From an uncultured Chloroflexia bacterium (GTDB lineage: Bacteria; Chloroflexota; Limnocylindria; Limnocylindrales; CSP1-4): DNA of 64,000 nucleotides. Positions 43,015 through 52,669 of the stretch are shown here, piece by piece. Location: assembly GCA_963731865.1 (NCBI GenBank), contig CAVSXG010000002.1:874692-938691 (forward strand), in the 5' to 3' direction. Position numbers and translations under genes: made by a program. How positions within the stretch are numbered: the stretch's first letter is position 1; each line of letters starts with the position of its first letter. The notes beneath the pieces were generated by a model. That model was given only the letters and a program-made list of their open reading frames with translations. It made no database searches and was not told the origin of the DNA.

Positions 43015-43805
43015 CCATCGATGATCGAGAGCTGGAGGAGGCCATGGCAATGCTGCTGACGACTGCCCCCGCGTCCCTCGCCCCCGGCGTCCTGGCGGAG
43101 GTCGGCCTGGCCGACCGGTACGCGCGGATCGATTCGCCGATCGGGCCACTCGTCGTCGCCTGGAACGGGATCGGGGTGTCGACGGTCGAGGCGCCCACGA
43201 GCGATGCCGCGTTCGAGGCGGCCCACGAGGCGCGGACCGGCCGCCGGACGATCCGGGCGGACCGCCTGCCGGACGCGCTCGAGCGCGCCATCGTGCGGCG
43301 ACTTGAAGGCGACCGCCGAGTCCACATCGACCTGGACCTGCGTGGTCACACGGACTTCGAGCGCGACGTCTGGATGAAGGCACTCGAAATCCCACGGGGC
43401 GAGGTCCGGCCATACGGTTGGGTGGCGTCCGAGATCGGCCGGCCGAAGGCGGTCCGGGCGGTGGGGACGGCGCTTGGCCACAACCCGGTGCCGCTGATCG
43501 TGCCGTGCCATCGGGTCGTCCGGTCCGACGGATTGCTCGGGCAGTACTCCCTTGGTGGCCCCCAGAACAAGCGGACGATCCTTTCTGCGGAAGGCGTCGA
43601 CCTGCCCCGTCTCGAACGGCTTGCGTCCAGCGGGGTCCGGTTCCTCGGCTCGGACACGACCAAGATCTTCTGCCTGCCAACCTGTCGCCATGCGCGCCGG
43701 GTGACCGACCGCCACCGGCTCGAATTCCGCTCCATGGCCGAAGGCCGGGCTCGCGGATACCGCGCCTGCAAGGTCTGCCGGCCCGCCTCCGCCTACGCCG
43801 CCTGA
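43011..43805 (+). CDS. O6-alkylguanine-DNA alkyltransferase (MGMT) domain fused to a C-terminal Ada-type Cys4 zinc domain
   Basis: ATG 43011 overlaps the sigma-factor TGA (ATGA). FERDVWMKALEIPRGEVRPYGWVA...GHNPVPLIVPCHRVV (PCHR active site). Then TKIFCLPTCRHARRV...GYRACKVCRP (CxxxC...CxxC as in the Ada N-domain). No TM segment and no AraC HTH. Confidence 0.88.
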   Translation: MTIDDRELEEAMAMLLTTAPASLAPGVLAEVGLADRYARIDSPIGPLVVAWNGIGVSTVEAPTSDAAFEAAHEARTGRRTIRADRLPDALERAIVRRLEGDRRVHIDLDLRGHTDFERDVWMKALEIPRGEVRPYGWVASEIGRPKAVRAVGTALGHNPVPLIVPCHRVVRSDGLLGQYSLGGPQNKRTILSAEGVDLPRLERLASSGVRFLGSDTTKIFCLPTCRHARRVTDRHRLEFRSMAEGRARGYRACKVCRPASAYAA

Positions 43806-43847
43806 GCCCCGCTGGACGCGGTCGAGCCCGCCGCGTACACTCCGGTC

Positions 43848-44885
43848 TTGGACCATTCGTCTATGCCAACGCCAGCCGCCACCGACCGATCCGGCGCGCC
43901 GATCTGGCTCGGGCTCCTGATCCTGTACGTCGTCTGGGGCTCGACCTATCTCGGGATCGCGGTCGCCGTCGACACGATCCCGCCGTTCCTGATGGCCGGT
44001 ATGCGGTTCCTGATCGCCGGTCTTGTGCTCCTCGCCTGGTCCGTCGCACGCGGCGGTCGTGACCTCCAGGCGCCCAGTCTGCGGCAGTGGCGGGACAGCG
44101 CGATCGTTGGGGCGATGTTGCTCGGTGGTGGCATGGGGATGGTCGCGTTTGGCGAGCAGACGGTGCCGTCGGGCATCACCGCGCTGATCATCGCGCTGAT
44201 GCCGGTCTGGGTCGCCATCCTCGGTCGCGTCTTCCTGAAGGAGCGGCTGCCGCGGATGGCCATCGCCGGGATCATCCTCGGCTTTGTCGGCGTGGCCATC
44301 CTCATCGGACCGTCCGCCTTTGGTGGCACGGGCGCGCTGGAGCCGCTCGCCCTGGCGGCCATCCTGTTCTCGCCGATCTCGTGGTCCAGTGGCTCGCTCT
44401 TCGCGTCGCATCGAGCGTCCCTGCCGACGCACCCGCTCGTTGCGACGGGTGCCCAGATGGTGACCGGCGGCCTGGTGCTCCTCGCGATGTCGTTGGGCAG
44501 CGGCGAACTGATCGGGTTCCGCATCGAGGGCGTGTCGGCCAATTCGTCGATCGCGACGCTCTACCTGACGGTCATCGGGAGTCTCCTCGCGTTCACGGCG
44601 TACGGCTGGCTGCTGCGGGTCGCTCCCCTGCCCCTCATCGCGACCTATGCCTATGTCAATCCGATCGTTGCCGTCATCCTCGGTGCGATCGTGCTGTCCG
44701 AGCCGATCGAGCCACGCACGCTCGTTGCCGGTGCCGTGATCGTCGTCGGTGTCGCCGTCATCGTGTCCGCCCGGGGCCGCATGGCCGGACCACGCACGCA
44801 GCCCGCGGCTGACGTCCCCCGCGAAAAGGCGCTGGCCACCGCTACCTCGATCCCAAGGCCATCGGCGGATCCGACAGCGGGCTAG
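43848..44885 (+). CDS. EamA/DMT-family transporter
   Basis: 345 aa, 10 TM-like segments, two EamA repeats (YVVWGSTYLGIAVAV...). Confidence 0.88.
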   Translation: MDHSSMPTPAATDRSGAPIWLGLLILYVVWGSTYLGIAVAVDTIPPFLMAGMRFLIAGLVLLAWSVARGGRDLQAPSLRQWRDSAIVGAMLLGGGMGMVAFGEQTVPSGITALIIALMPVWVAILGRVFLKERLPRMAIAGIILGFVGVAILIGPSAFGGTGALEPLALAAILFSPISWSSGSLFASHRASLPTHPLVATGAQMVTGGLVLLAMSLGSGELIGFRIEGVSANSSIATLYLTVIGSLLAFTAYGWLLRVAPLPLIATYAYVNPIVAVILGAIVLSEPIEPRTLVAGAVIVVGVAVIVSARGRMAGPRTQPAADVPREKALATATSIPRPSADPTAG

Positions 44886-44892
44886 CGCCTGA

Positions 44893-46101
44893 TCAACGCC
44901 CGGGTCGGCTCCAGCCCTGGGCCGGCCACGGCTCGCAGCGGATCGGTCGATCCTGGCGATACCCCATGGCGTAATCGGCCTGGATCAGCGTGTGCAACTG
45001 GCTGGTGCCCTCGTAGATCACGGCCGCCTTCGAGTTGCGCAAGTAGCGCTCCACCGGGAACTCGTTCGAATAGCCGTTGGCGCCGTGGACCTGGATGGCG
45101 TCGAGGGCGCTCTGGACGGCGTGCTCCGTTGTATGCCACTTGGCCAGGCTCGTTTCGCGGGTGTTCCGGAGCCCCTGGTTCTTGAGCCAGCCCGCGCGCC
45201 AGACGAGCAGCCGGCCCATCTCCGTGCCGGCCACCATCTTCGCGATCAGCTGCTTCACGAGCTGGTGCTGACCGATCTCCTGGCCAAAGGTCTCGCGCTC
45301 GTGCGCGTACCGCACGCTCGCGTCCACGCACGCCTGGGCGAGACCAACCGCACCCGCGGCCACGGTGTAGCGGCCCTGGTCGATCGCGCTCATCGCGATC
45401 AGGAACCCCTCACCCTCCTCGCCGATCCGGTGATCCTCGGGGACCGGCACGTCGTCGAGGTTGATGAGCCCGGTGTTGCCGGCGCGGATCCCGAGCTTGC
45501 CGTGGAGCGAGCCCGTCGTCAGCCCGGGCATGCCGCGCTCGAGCAGGAATGCGGTCACGCCCTTGTGCTTCTTCGACCGATCGACGGTCGCGAAGACAAG
45601 GAAGTGGTCCGCGATATCCGCCAGTGAAATCCAGATCTTCTGGCCGTTGAGCCGGTACCCGCCACCGTCGCGGCGGGCGGTCGTCGCCAGGTTGGCGGCG
45701 TCCGTCCCGACGCCCGGCTCGGTCAGGCCGAACGTGGCGAGCTTCTCGCCCCGTGCCTGGGGAACGAGCCACCGTTGCCGCTGCTCCTCCGTCGCCCACT
45801 GGAGCAGCGTCAGCGAGTTGAGCCCGACGTGCACGCTCTGCACGACCCTGAAGGCGGTATCCGCTCGTTCGAGCTCCTCGCACAGGATGGCGAAGCTGAT
45901 GTAGTCCATCCCGGATCCGCCGTACGCCTCGGGGATCGGCGCGCCGAGGAAACCCTGCTCGCCCATCTTGGTGAAGACGTCGCGATGGACCTCCGCCTTC
46001 TCGTCCCACTCGCGGATATGGGGGAGGATCTCGGTCTCGGCGAAGGCGCGAGCGGACTGCTGGACGAGACGGTTCTCGTCCGTCAGGGAGAAATCGACCA
46101 T
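44893..46101 (-). CDS. acyl-CoA dehydrogenase (glutaryl-CoA dehydrogenase-like)
   Basis: 402-aa intact ORF, LTEPGVGTDAAN, GEEGEGF, IYEGTSQLHTLIQ. Confidence 0.9.
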   Translation of the reverse strand: MVDFSLTDENRLVQQSARAFAETEILPHIREWDEKAEVHRDVFTKMGEQGFLGAPIPEAYGGSGMDYISFAILCEELERADTAFRVVQSVHVGLNSLTLLQWATEEQRQRWLVPQARGEKLATFGLTEPGVGTDAANLATTARRDGGGYRLNGQKIWISLADIADHFLVFATVDRSKKHKGVTAFLLERGMPGLTTGSLHGKLGIRAGNTGLINLDDVPVPEDHRIGEEGEGFLIAMSAIDQGRYTVAAGAVGLAQACVDASVRYAHERETFGQEIGQHQLVKQLIAKMVAGTEMGRLLVWRAGWLKNQGLRNTRETSLAKWHTTEHAVQSALDAIQVHGANGYSNEFPVERYLRNSKAAVIYEGTSQLHTLIQADYAMGYRQDRPIRCEPWPAQGWSRPGR

Positions 46102-46212
46102 CCAGCGATGCTAGCAGTTGACCAGGGCCGGGTCCGGTTGGCGCGACTTCCGCCAGGGGCAGCGGGCGGCCGATATACTCGGTCGGCCCCGTCCCCAGGA
46201 GTCCGATCGATC

Positions 46213-47517
46213 ATGACCGCCCCCGCCCAGCGCGACGACCTCGCCACCGAAGCCGCGAGCCTCACGCCGGTTCTGGGCCGCTATTTCCAGCGGACGTGGT
46301 CGCACGGGGTCGGCCACCGGTTGTATGACACCGCCGGCAAGGCGTACCTGGACTTCGCCAATGGCATCGCGGTGACCGCGCTGGGTCACGCCCATCCGCG
46401 AGTGACCGCTGCGATCCACGCGCAGGTGGACCGGCTCATGGGTCCGGTCTCGGCGCTTGGGTTCACTGAGCCGATTTCGCGGCTGGCCGCGGAGCTCGCT
46501 GCCACGTTTCCCGATCCGCACGATTCGGTGATGTTCCTGAACTCCGGCTCTGAGGCGATCGAGGCCGCGCTCAAGCTCGCCCGCCGGGTCACCGGCCGCC
46601 CGGGGATCATCGCCTTCCGCGGCGGGTTCCACGGTCGGACGTTTGGAGCGGCCAGCGTCACGACGTCCAACGTCAACTACCGGACGGGCTACGAACCGCT
46701 GCTGCCCGGCGTCAATTTCGCGCCTTATCCGCAGGCGTACGGGGACTTCGGCGGAGACGATGAGGCGGCGTCTGCGTCGGCGCTCGAAGCCCTTCGGTCG
46801 CTCCTCGGGACGGTGATTGCGCCATCGCAGGTTGCCTCCATCCTGGTCGAGCCAGTGCAGGGCGAAGGTGGGTACGTCCCGGCACCGGCGTCATTCCTGC
46901 GCGGGTTGCGGGACCTGTGCGACCGCCACGGGATCCTCCTGATCGCTGACGAGGTCCAGACCGGTTTCGGGCGGACCGGGGAAATGTGGGCGTTCGAGCA
47001 CGCCGGGATCGTGCCCGACGTGGTCTGCATGGCCAAGGCCATCGCGAACGGGCTGCCGCTCTCGGCGATCATCTCGAGCCACGAGCTCCAGGAGCGCTGG
47101 GGCCGCGGCGCCCACGGCTCGACCTACGGCGGCAACCCGGTCGCCTGCGCCGCCGGGCTGGCGGTGCTCGAGACCATCCGCGAGGAGGACCTGCTGGCGA
47201 ACGCTCGAGCGCGTGGTGCGGAGCTGGTCACGGGTCTCGGCAAGATCGCCGCCGAGGACGATCGCATCGGCGACATTCGAGGGCATGGGTTGATGATTGG
47301 CGTCGAGTTCGTCCGCGACCGCGTCACTCGTGAGCCGGATGGCACCCTGCCCGATCAGCTGATCGCCGCCTGCGCGGATGCGGGGCTGCTCGTCCTGACG
47401 TGCGGTCAGAGCCACCAGGTGGTTCGCTGGATCCCACCGCTCAACGTCACCGCGGCCGAGATCTCAGAGGGGATCGAGATCTTTGGCGAGACGCTGGCGG
47501 CCCTTCCCCGGGACTGA
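46213..47517 (+). CDS. class III PLP aminotransferase (4-aminobutyrate/omega-amino acid type)
   Basis: ATG 46213. FLNSGSEAIEAALKLAR, LIADEVQTGFGRTGEMWAFEH, MAKAIANGLPLS (PLP Lys). Confidence 0.92.
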   Translation: MTAPAQRDDLATEAASLTPVLGRYFQRTWSHGVGHRLYDTAGKAYLDFANGIAVTALGHAHPRVTAAIHAQVDRLMGPVSALGFTEPISRLAAELAATFPDPHDSVMFLNSGSEAIEAALKLARRVTGRPGIIAFRGGFHGRTFGAASVTTSNVNYRTGYEPLLPGVNFAPYPQAYGDFGGDDEAASASALEALRSLLGTVIAPSQVASILVEPVQGEGGYVPAPASFLRGLRDLCDRHGILLIADEVQTGFGRTGEMWAFEHAGIVPDVVCMAKAIANGLPLSAIISSHELQERWGRGAHGSTYGGNPVACAAGLAVLETIREEDLLANARARGAELVTGLGKIAAEDDRIGDIRGHGLMIGVEFVRDRVTREPDGTLPDQLIAACADAGLLVLTCGQSHQVVRWIPPLNVTAAEISEGIEIFGETLAALPRD

Positions 47518-47582
47518 CCAGGGATTGCCGCCCGGCATCGCTTGACCCTCACGTATCGTCAGGGTCTAGAATCCGGCGCGAG

Positions 47583-48383
47583 ATGACGACCGAGACCCGA
47601 GCCGGAGCGGACCAGCGTGCCTACACCGTGGGCGAGCTGGCGGATCTGGCGCGAGTCAGCATCCGGACCCTGCATCACTACGACGCGATCGGACTGCTCG
47701 CGCCGTCGGGGCGCACTGGCTCCGGGTACCGGTTGTACGGGCACGAGGAGCTGGAACAGCTGCAGCAGATCCTGCTCTACCGGGAGCTCGACTTCTCGCT
47801 CGATGCGATCGCGCGAATCATGCTCGACCCGACGTTCGATCGGCGAGCCGCGCTCGTGGCCCAACGTGAGCAGCTCGCCGCCCGTGCCGGACGAATGGAG
47901 GCAATCCTTGCCGCCATTGATGCCGCGCTCGAGGCGCTTGCCAGAGGAGAACCGTTGAACGAGGCCGACATGTTCGAGGTCTTTGGCGACTTCGATCCAA
48001 GTCAATACGACATCGAAGTCAAGGAGCGCTGGGGCGACACCGACGCCTACAAGGAATCGGCGCGCCGGACCTCGCGCTACACGAAGGACGACTGGAAGCG
48101 CATCAAGGCCGAGGGTGACGAGGTCGCACGGGGCCTCGCGGATCGGCTGGCTGCAGGTGGCAATCCCGGGGACCCGGACGTCCAGGCCCTGGTCGATCGG
48201 CATCGCGACCAGATCGACAAGTGGTTCTATCCCTGCTCGCTCGAAATGCAGGTCAACCTGGGCGACATGTACGTGGCGGATCCACGGTTTGCCGCCACAT
48301 ACGATCGCTACCGGCCGGGGCTGGCCCGGTTCCTCCGCGACGCGATCCGGATCCGTGCCGGGCTCCCGGCCGCGACCGACTGA
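47583..48383 (+). CDS. MerR-family regulator with TipAS-like antibiotic-recognition domain
   Basis: YTVGELADLARVSIRTLHHYDAIGLLAPSGRTGSGYRLY. C-terminal EVKERWGDTDAYKES...MYVADPRFAATYD. Confidence 0.9.
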   Translation: MTTETRAGADQRAYTVGELADLARVSIRTLHHYDAIGLLAPSGRTGSGYRLYGHEELEQLQQILLYRELDFSLDAIARIMLDPTFDRRAALVAQREQLAARAGRMEAILAAIDAALEALARGEPLNEADMFEVFGDFDPSQYDIEVKERWGDTDAYKESARRTSRYTKDDWKRIKAEGDEVARGLADRLAAGGNPGDPDVQALVDRHRDQIDKWFYPCSLEMQVNLGDMYVADPRFAATYDRYRPGLARFLRDAIRIRAGLPAATD

Positions 48384-48418
48384 CACCCGGAATCGGCGGG
48401 AACCACCCGGACAACAAG

Positions 48419-48449
48419 GAGCGCCCGTCCCCCCATGGGTCGGGCGCTC
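48419..48449. terminator. 9-bp perfect hairpin between convergent genes
   Basis: GAGCGCCCG-(13 nt)-CGGGCGCTC. No clear U-tract on either strand. Confidence 0.45.
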
Positions 48450-48498
48450 ATCGTCGGTATGGTCGTTTGCGGGACCGGGCGATGCCCGGCCTCGCGGA

Positions 48499-48693
48499 TC
48501 AGCGGTTCTGGGTCAGGAACTTCATGACGTCGTCGAGCCGGAACCGTCGATCGCCGCGCTTGCAGACGCGATAGAACGGAAGCTCGCCGCGGTCGCCGAG
48601 ACGCTTCACGGTGTTCACGTGCAGGTGAAGCATGTCGGCAACTTCGGTCGCCGTCAGCATCGGTCCCAGTTCGTTGATGGCCATCGATGCCAT
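48499..48693 (-). CDS. small excisionase-family / BldC-like MerR-type DNA-binding protein
   Basis: 64 aa, MLTATEVADMLHLHVNTVKRLGDRGELPFYRVCKRGDRRFRLDDV. Confidence 0.8.
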   Translation of the reverse strand: MASMAINELGPMLTATEVADMLHLHVNTVKRLGDRGELPFYRVCKRGDRRFRLDDVMKFLTQNR

Positions 48694-48852
48694 GTGATGA
48701 TGCCTCGCTTTTGCAGCTATTGCGGTCGGTGCGGGTCCCTGGGGTGCTCCGGGGTGGACTCCGGCCCGCTGCGAGGCAGAGCGTAGGGGTGGAGGGTGGC
48801 TCGCGCCTAGCCGTACTTTGGATTACCCGCCAGTACCAGCGCGAGGGCCCGA

Positions 48853-49529
48853 TCAGCCCCCATGCACGATCCGGCGAGCGTCACGAGCCGCCCCGAGGAA
48901 GCCGCGGAAGTGTGCCCATGGCCGGATATGGCTGGGCTCCCCGGCGTAGATCGTCCGGATCGGGACCCAGGCGATCGGCAGATCCATGGCAATCGCTCGC
49001 GCGATCATCTCGACCTCGAAGGCGAAGCCGTCCTGCTTGCTCTCGAGCAACGCCGACATCAGCCGGCGCCCGACGAGACGGTAGCCCGACTGGTTGTCAG
49101 GAATGGAGCGTCCGACCGCGACGGACAGGATCATCGCGCCGATCGTGTTCGAGAGCCGGCGCACCGGCGGCATCTCGCGGAAGTTGCGCTGGCCCACGAT
49201 CAGCTCGAAGTGCGTGGCCGCTCCCTTTGCGAGGAACCGTGGGATCTCGGCGGGATCGTGTTGTCCATCCGCATCGAGCGTGACAACGGCATCCAACCCG
49301 GCCTCGAGCGCGAACCGGAACCCCTCGCGGAGCGCCGCGCCCTTGCCCTGGTTGGGCACCTGGCGGATCACCGTGGCACCCGCGGCCTCGGCCTGTGCCG
49401 CGGTGTCATCGGTCGATCCATCGTCGACGACCACGACCGGCAGATGCTGCCTGGCCGCGGCCACGACCGCGCCGATCCTCGGCCCCTCCTGGTAGCCCGG
49501 GATCAGCGCAATCGCTGTCCAGTTCGCAT
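48853..49529 (-). CDS. family-2 glycosyltransferase; 5' end lacks an in-frame canonical start
   Basis: VVVDDGSTDDT...TLDADGQHDP...SGYRL. In-frame upstream AIALIPGYQEGPRIGAV is clearly part of the GT2 fold. The first in-frame start is GTG 49464. The ATG at 49529 is in another frame. Confidence 0.8.
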
Positions 49530-49588
49530 GCCTGGTGTCCGTGGCATTCGAAGGTGACGACCGTTGGCGGGTCGCCGGACGGCCCTGT

Positions 49589-51325
49589 TCAGCGGCTGAG
49601 CCGGCGGCTCGAACCGTCGGACCGACAACGAACGAAGGGCCGGCAAGTGCCGGCCCTCGCTTCCGATGGATGCGTCCGCGCCGGGCCTGATCGGCGGTCC
49701 GGCCTCGGGCGAGCCTCCATCTCGAACGTGTCTCGCATCGGCAGCTCGGGCAGGAAGACCACCACGATCACCGCAACGATGGCCGCAGCGATCCCCACCC
49801 AGAAGCTCGAGGCGATCGCCACCGAGAGCGAGTCGTAGATGGCCTGAACGATCCCCGGGATCAGGGGCTCGACGAAGGGCTGCTGCTCGGCCGGCACCGA
49901 GGCCAGAATGCGCTGGCCGAGGTCGCCGGTGCCCTGGAGATCGATCCCGGTTCCGCCACTCGCGAACCCCGAGGCAAATTCGGGCGGCACACCCGCTGCA
50001 ACCAGTCGGACGGGTACTTCCTGCGCGAACCGTTCGCCCATGGCCGTCCCCGCGATCGTGAGACCGATCGTGCCGCCGATCTGCTGGAAGAAGGACACGC
50101 TGCTGGTGGCCGCACCGATCTGTTGCGGAGCGACCGCGTTCTGGACCACCAGCGTGAAGACCGCCAGCGACGGCCCGATCCCGATGCCGGCCAACACCAT
50201 CCACAGCCAGAGGACCGGTCGGTCGGTAGTCGCCGTCAGGTTCGTCATCAGGAAGAGGCCAAACGCGAGCAGGGCAAGCGAGGCGATCATCATCACCTTG
50301 TAGCGATGCGTTCGCGCGACGATCTGACCGGCCGAGATGGCGGCGATGATCATGCCGCCGACGAGCGGCAGCAGGTTGAAGCCGGACTCGGTGGCGCTCG
50401 CTCCACCAACCGTCTGGAGCCAGCGCGGCAGGAAGATGATCGCGCCGAAGAAACCGAAGCCAACGAGGAACGTCGCGAGCACAGAGATCGAGACCGCGCG
50501 GATCCGGAAGAGTCCGAGCGGCACGATTGGCTCCTCGACCCGCGACTCGATCCAGATGAACAGCACGGCGAGCGCCAGCCCAAGCAGCATCAGGCCACCA
50601 ACCAGGGGATCGGTCCAGTCGCGAACCGGCGGCCCGGACTTGTTGGTGAGTCCGATCAGGAATGGGGCAATCGCCGCGGCAAATACGGCGGCGCCGATGT
50701 AGTCGATGTTCCGTGCCCCCTCCGGCCGCTTGATGGCCGGCAGCAGTCGCCACAGGACGATGAAGGAGACCAGTCCGACTGGCACGTTCACGAAGAAGAT
50801 CCAGTTCCAGCTCACGAAGTCGGTGAGCAAGCCGCCGATCCATGGGCCGAGCACCGACGAGAACCCGAAGACCGCGCCGAAGAGGCCGAGCCACTTGCCG
50901 CGTTCGACAGGCGTGAAGATATCGGCGACAACAGCGAGGGCCACCGGGAAGACGGCGCCGCCGCCAAGACCCTGGAGGCCCCGGAAGAGCAGGAACTGCC
51001 ACATCTCCTGGCTGAGACCCGCGCCGATCGAAGCGCTGATAAACAGGGCGACCGCGCCCAGCAGGATCGGACGTCGGCCAAAGAGGTCAGATAGCTTGCC
51101 CCAGATCGGCCCGGAGATCGTGCTCGTGAGCAGGTACACCGTGACGGCCCAGACATACAGATCGTTGCCGCCGAGCTCGGTGATGATGACCGGAAGGGCG
51201 GTTCCAACGACCGTCTGGTCGAGCGCAAACAGGAAGAGGACGAGCAGGATCGCACCATAGATCTCGAGCTTGGTGCGCTGGCTCAGTTGAGCGGCGGGCG
51301 CGTCGGCGCCCCAGGACTGCGTCAT
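49589..51325 (-). CDS. MFS transporter, DHA2 (14-TMS, EmrB/QacA-like)
   Basis: Intact long hydrophobic ORF. LDQTVVGTALPVI, GKLSDLFGRRP motifs. ATG 51325 preceded by GAGG. Confidence 0.9.
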   Translation of the reverse strand: MTQSWGADAPAAQLSQRTKLEIYGAILLVLFLFALDQTVVGTALPVIITELGGNDLYVWAVTVYLLTSTISGPIWGKLSDLFGRRPILLGAVALFISASIGAGLSQEMWQFLLFRGLQGLGGGAVFPVALAVVADIFTPVERGKWLGLFGAVFGFSSVLGPWIGGLLTDFVSWNWIFFVNVPVGLVSFIVLWRLLPAIKRPEGARNIDYIGAAVFAAAIAPFLIGLTNKSGPPVRDWTDPLVGGLMLLGLALAVLFIWIESRVEEPIVPLGLFRIRAVSISVLATFLVGFGFFGAIIFLPRWLQTVGGASATESGFNLLPLVGGMIIAAISAGQIVARTHRYKVMMIASLALLAFGLFLMTNLTATTDRPVLWLWMVLAGIGIGPSLAVFTLVVQNAVAPQQIGAATSSVSFFQQIGGTIGLTIAGTAMGERFAQEVPVRLVAAGVPPEFASGFASGGTGIDLQGTGDLGQRILASVPAEQQPFVEPLIPGIVQAIYDSLSVAIASSFWVGIAAAIVAVIVVVFLPELPMRDTFEMEARPRPDRRSGPARTHPSEARAGTCRPFVRCRSDGSSRRLSR

Positions 51326-51426
51326 GTCGACCTCACGTGGGGGTTGATTGGGCACTTCCAGACGTAAGACGGACGAGCTTACCCAGACTCATCGGTCCCT
51401 GTTGGGGATTCTTTGTTGCGCTTGTG

Positions 51427-52617
51427 TTAACCGTTGCCTCGGGGCGCATCACGGGGCTCAGGCCGGCGTCGTGGTCGGGCGAGCAGAAGGGCTCCGGCGG
51501 AAGCGGCAGCGAGAAGGCCGGCACCGAGCATTGCAGCGGTGAGTCCGATCGAGACAGACAGGAAGCCCATGATCGGCGGGTAGATCATCCCGCCGATGAC
51601 GGCCGCCGATGTCAGGAAGCCGCTGACCGCCGCTGCGCGGTCCGGATGCCGCTCGCCGCCGATTGCAATGATCAACGGGAACACGGGGCCCGAGGCGAAC
51701 CCGGCAAGCCCGAAGAGCACGATCGACGCCCCGGTCGATGGCACGAGCACCGCGGCGATCGTGGCGATCCCCGCCAGGAGGACGCACGCGGTGGCGTACT
51801 GCAGGTGGTCGAACCGGTCGGAGTAGCGGGCCGACACGAGCCGCCCGGCGGCCAGTCCCGCCCAGTACAGCGACAGGCTCGTGGTAGCCAGCGCGAGCGG
51901 GGCCTCGTCGAGGAAGCGGATCAGCCAACTCGAGACCCCGACCTCGGAGGCCACGTAACACGCGATCGCGATCTCGAGGACGATCACGGGCCAGCGAAGG
52001 GCCAGACGGCCGGTGCCGCGAGCGCCCTCGACCGCCACCGAATGGACCCGGCCATGGGGCAGCGCGATGATCGCCCACAAGATGGCGATCGGGACCGTGA
52101 CCGCCCCCGTCCCGAGCAGGACGGCCTGCCACGGGACCCCCGCCTCCACCAGGCTTCCGACCACGAGCGGTGACGTCAGCGCACCCACGCCAAAGAACAG
52201 GTGGAGCGTGTTGAGGGCGCGGCCGCGCCCCTCCGGGTACAGGTCGAGCACGAGGCCGTTGACCCCGCCATCGATCACACCCGCCCCGATCCCGGCCGGG
52301 ACGGCCGCAAGGAGCACGACGGCCCACTCCGGCACGATCCCGATCGTCGCGAGCCCCAGACCGAGCAGTGCCGTGGCCAGCGACATCACCCGTCGGCGAC
52401 CGAACCGCTCGGTGAGCATGCCACCACCGAACGAGCCGCTGGCATAGGCCACGGCATTGACGAAGTAGAAGACGCCGAGCCCCGCGTCCGTCTGGACGAA
52501 GTCGCGCTCGATCTCGCGGATGAGGGACGGGACGAGCAGGCCGGACCAGCCGATCAGGATGAGTCCCACGCAGGCGAGGACGCCCGCCGCGCGGCGGTCG
52601 GAGAGAATACGGAGCAC
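51427..52617 (-). CDS. MFS transporter
   Basis: 396-aa intact hydrophobic ORF, 12 TM-like segments, TERFGRRR motif. Confidence 0.85.
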   Translation of the reverse strand: MLRILSDRRAAGVLACVGLILIGWSGLLVPSLIREIERDFVQTDAGLGVFYFVNAVAYASGSFGGGMLTERFGRRRVMSLATALLGLGLATIGIVPEWAVVLLAAVPAGIGAGVIDGGVNGLVLDLYPEGRGRALNTLHLFFGVGALTSPLVVGSLVEAGVPWQAVLLGTGAVTVPIAILWAIIALPHGRVHSVAVEGARGTGRLALRWPVIVLEIAIACYVASEVGVSSWLIRFLDEAPLALATTSLSLYWAGLAAGRLVSARYSDRFDHLQYATACVLLAGIATIAAVLVPSTGASIVLFGLAGFASGPVFPLIIAIGGERHPDRAAAVSGFLTSAAVIGGMIYPPIMGFLSVSIGLTAAMLGAGLLAAASAGALLLARPRRRPEPRDAPRGNG

Positions 52618-52669
52618 GGGAGAATGCTACTGGTCAGTCGCGTCGCGGCGCAGATACCAGGAGGTGGAC

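Noticed and set aside
48499-48693. Excisionase-family gene as a marker of a prophage or integrative element
   Set aside because: There is no integrase, recombinase, phage or conjugation genes, direct repeats or tRNA nearby. The flanking genes are housekeeping-type. A chromosomal BldC-like small MerR-type regulator is the simpler reading.
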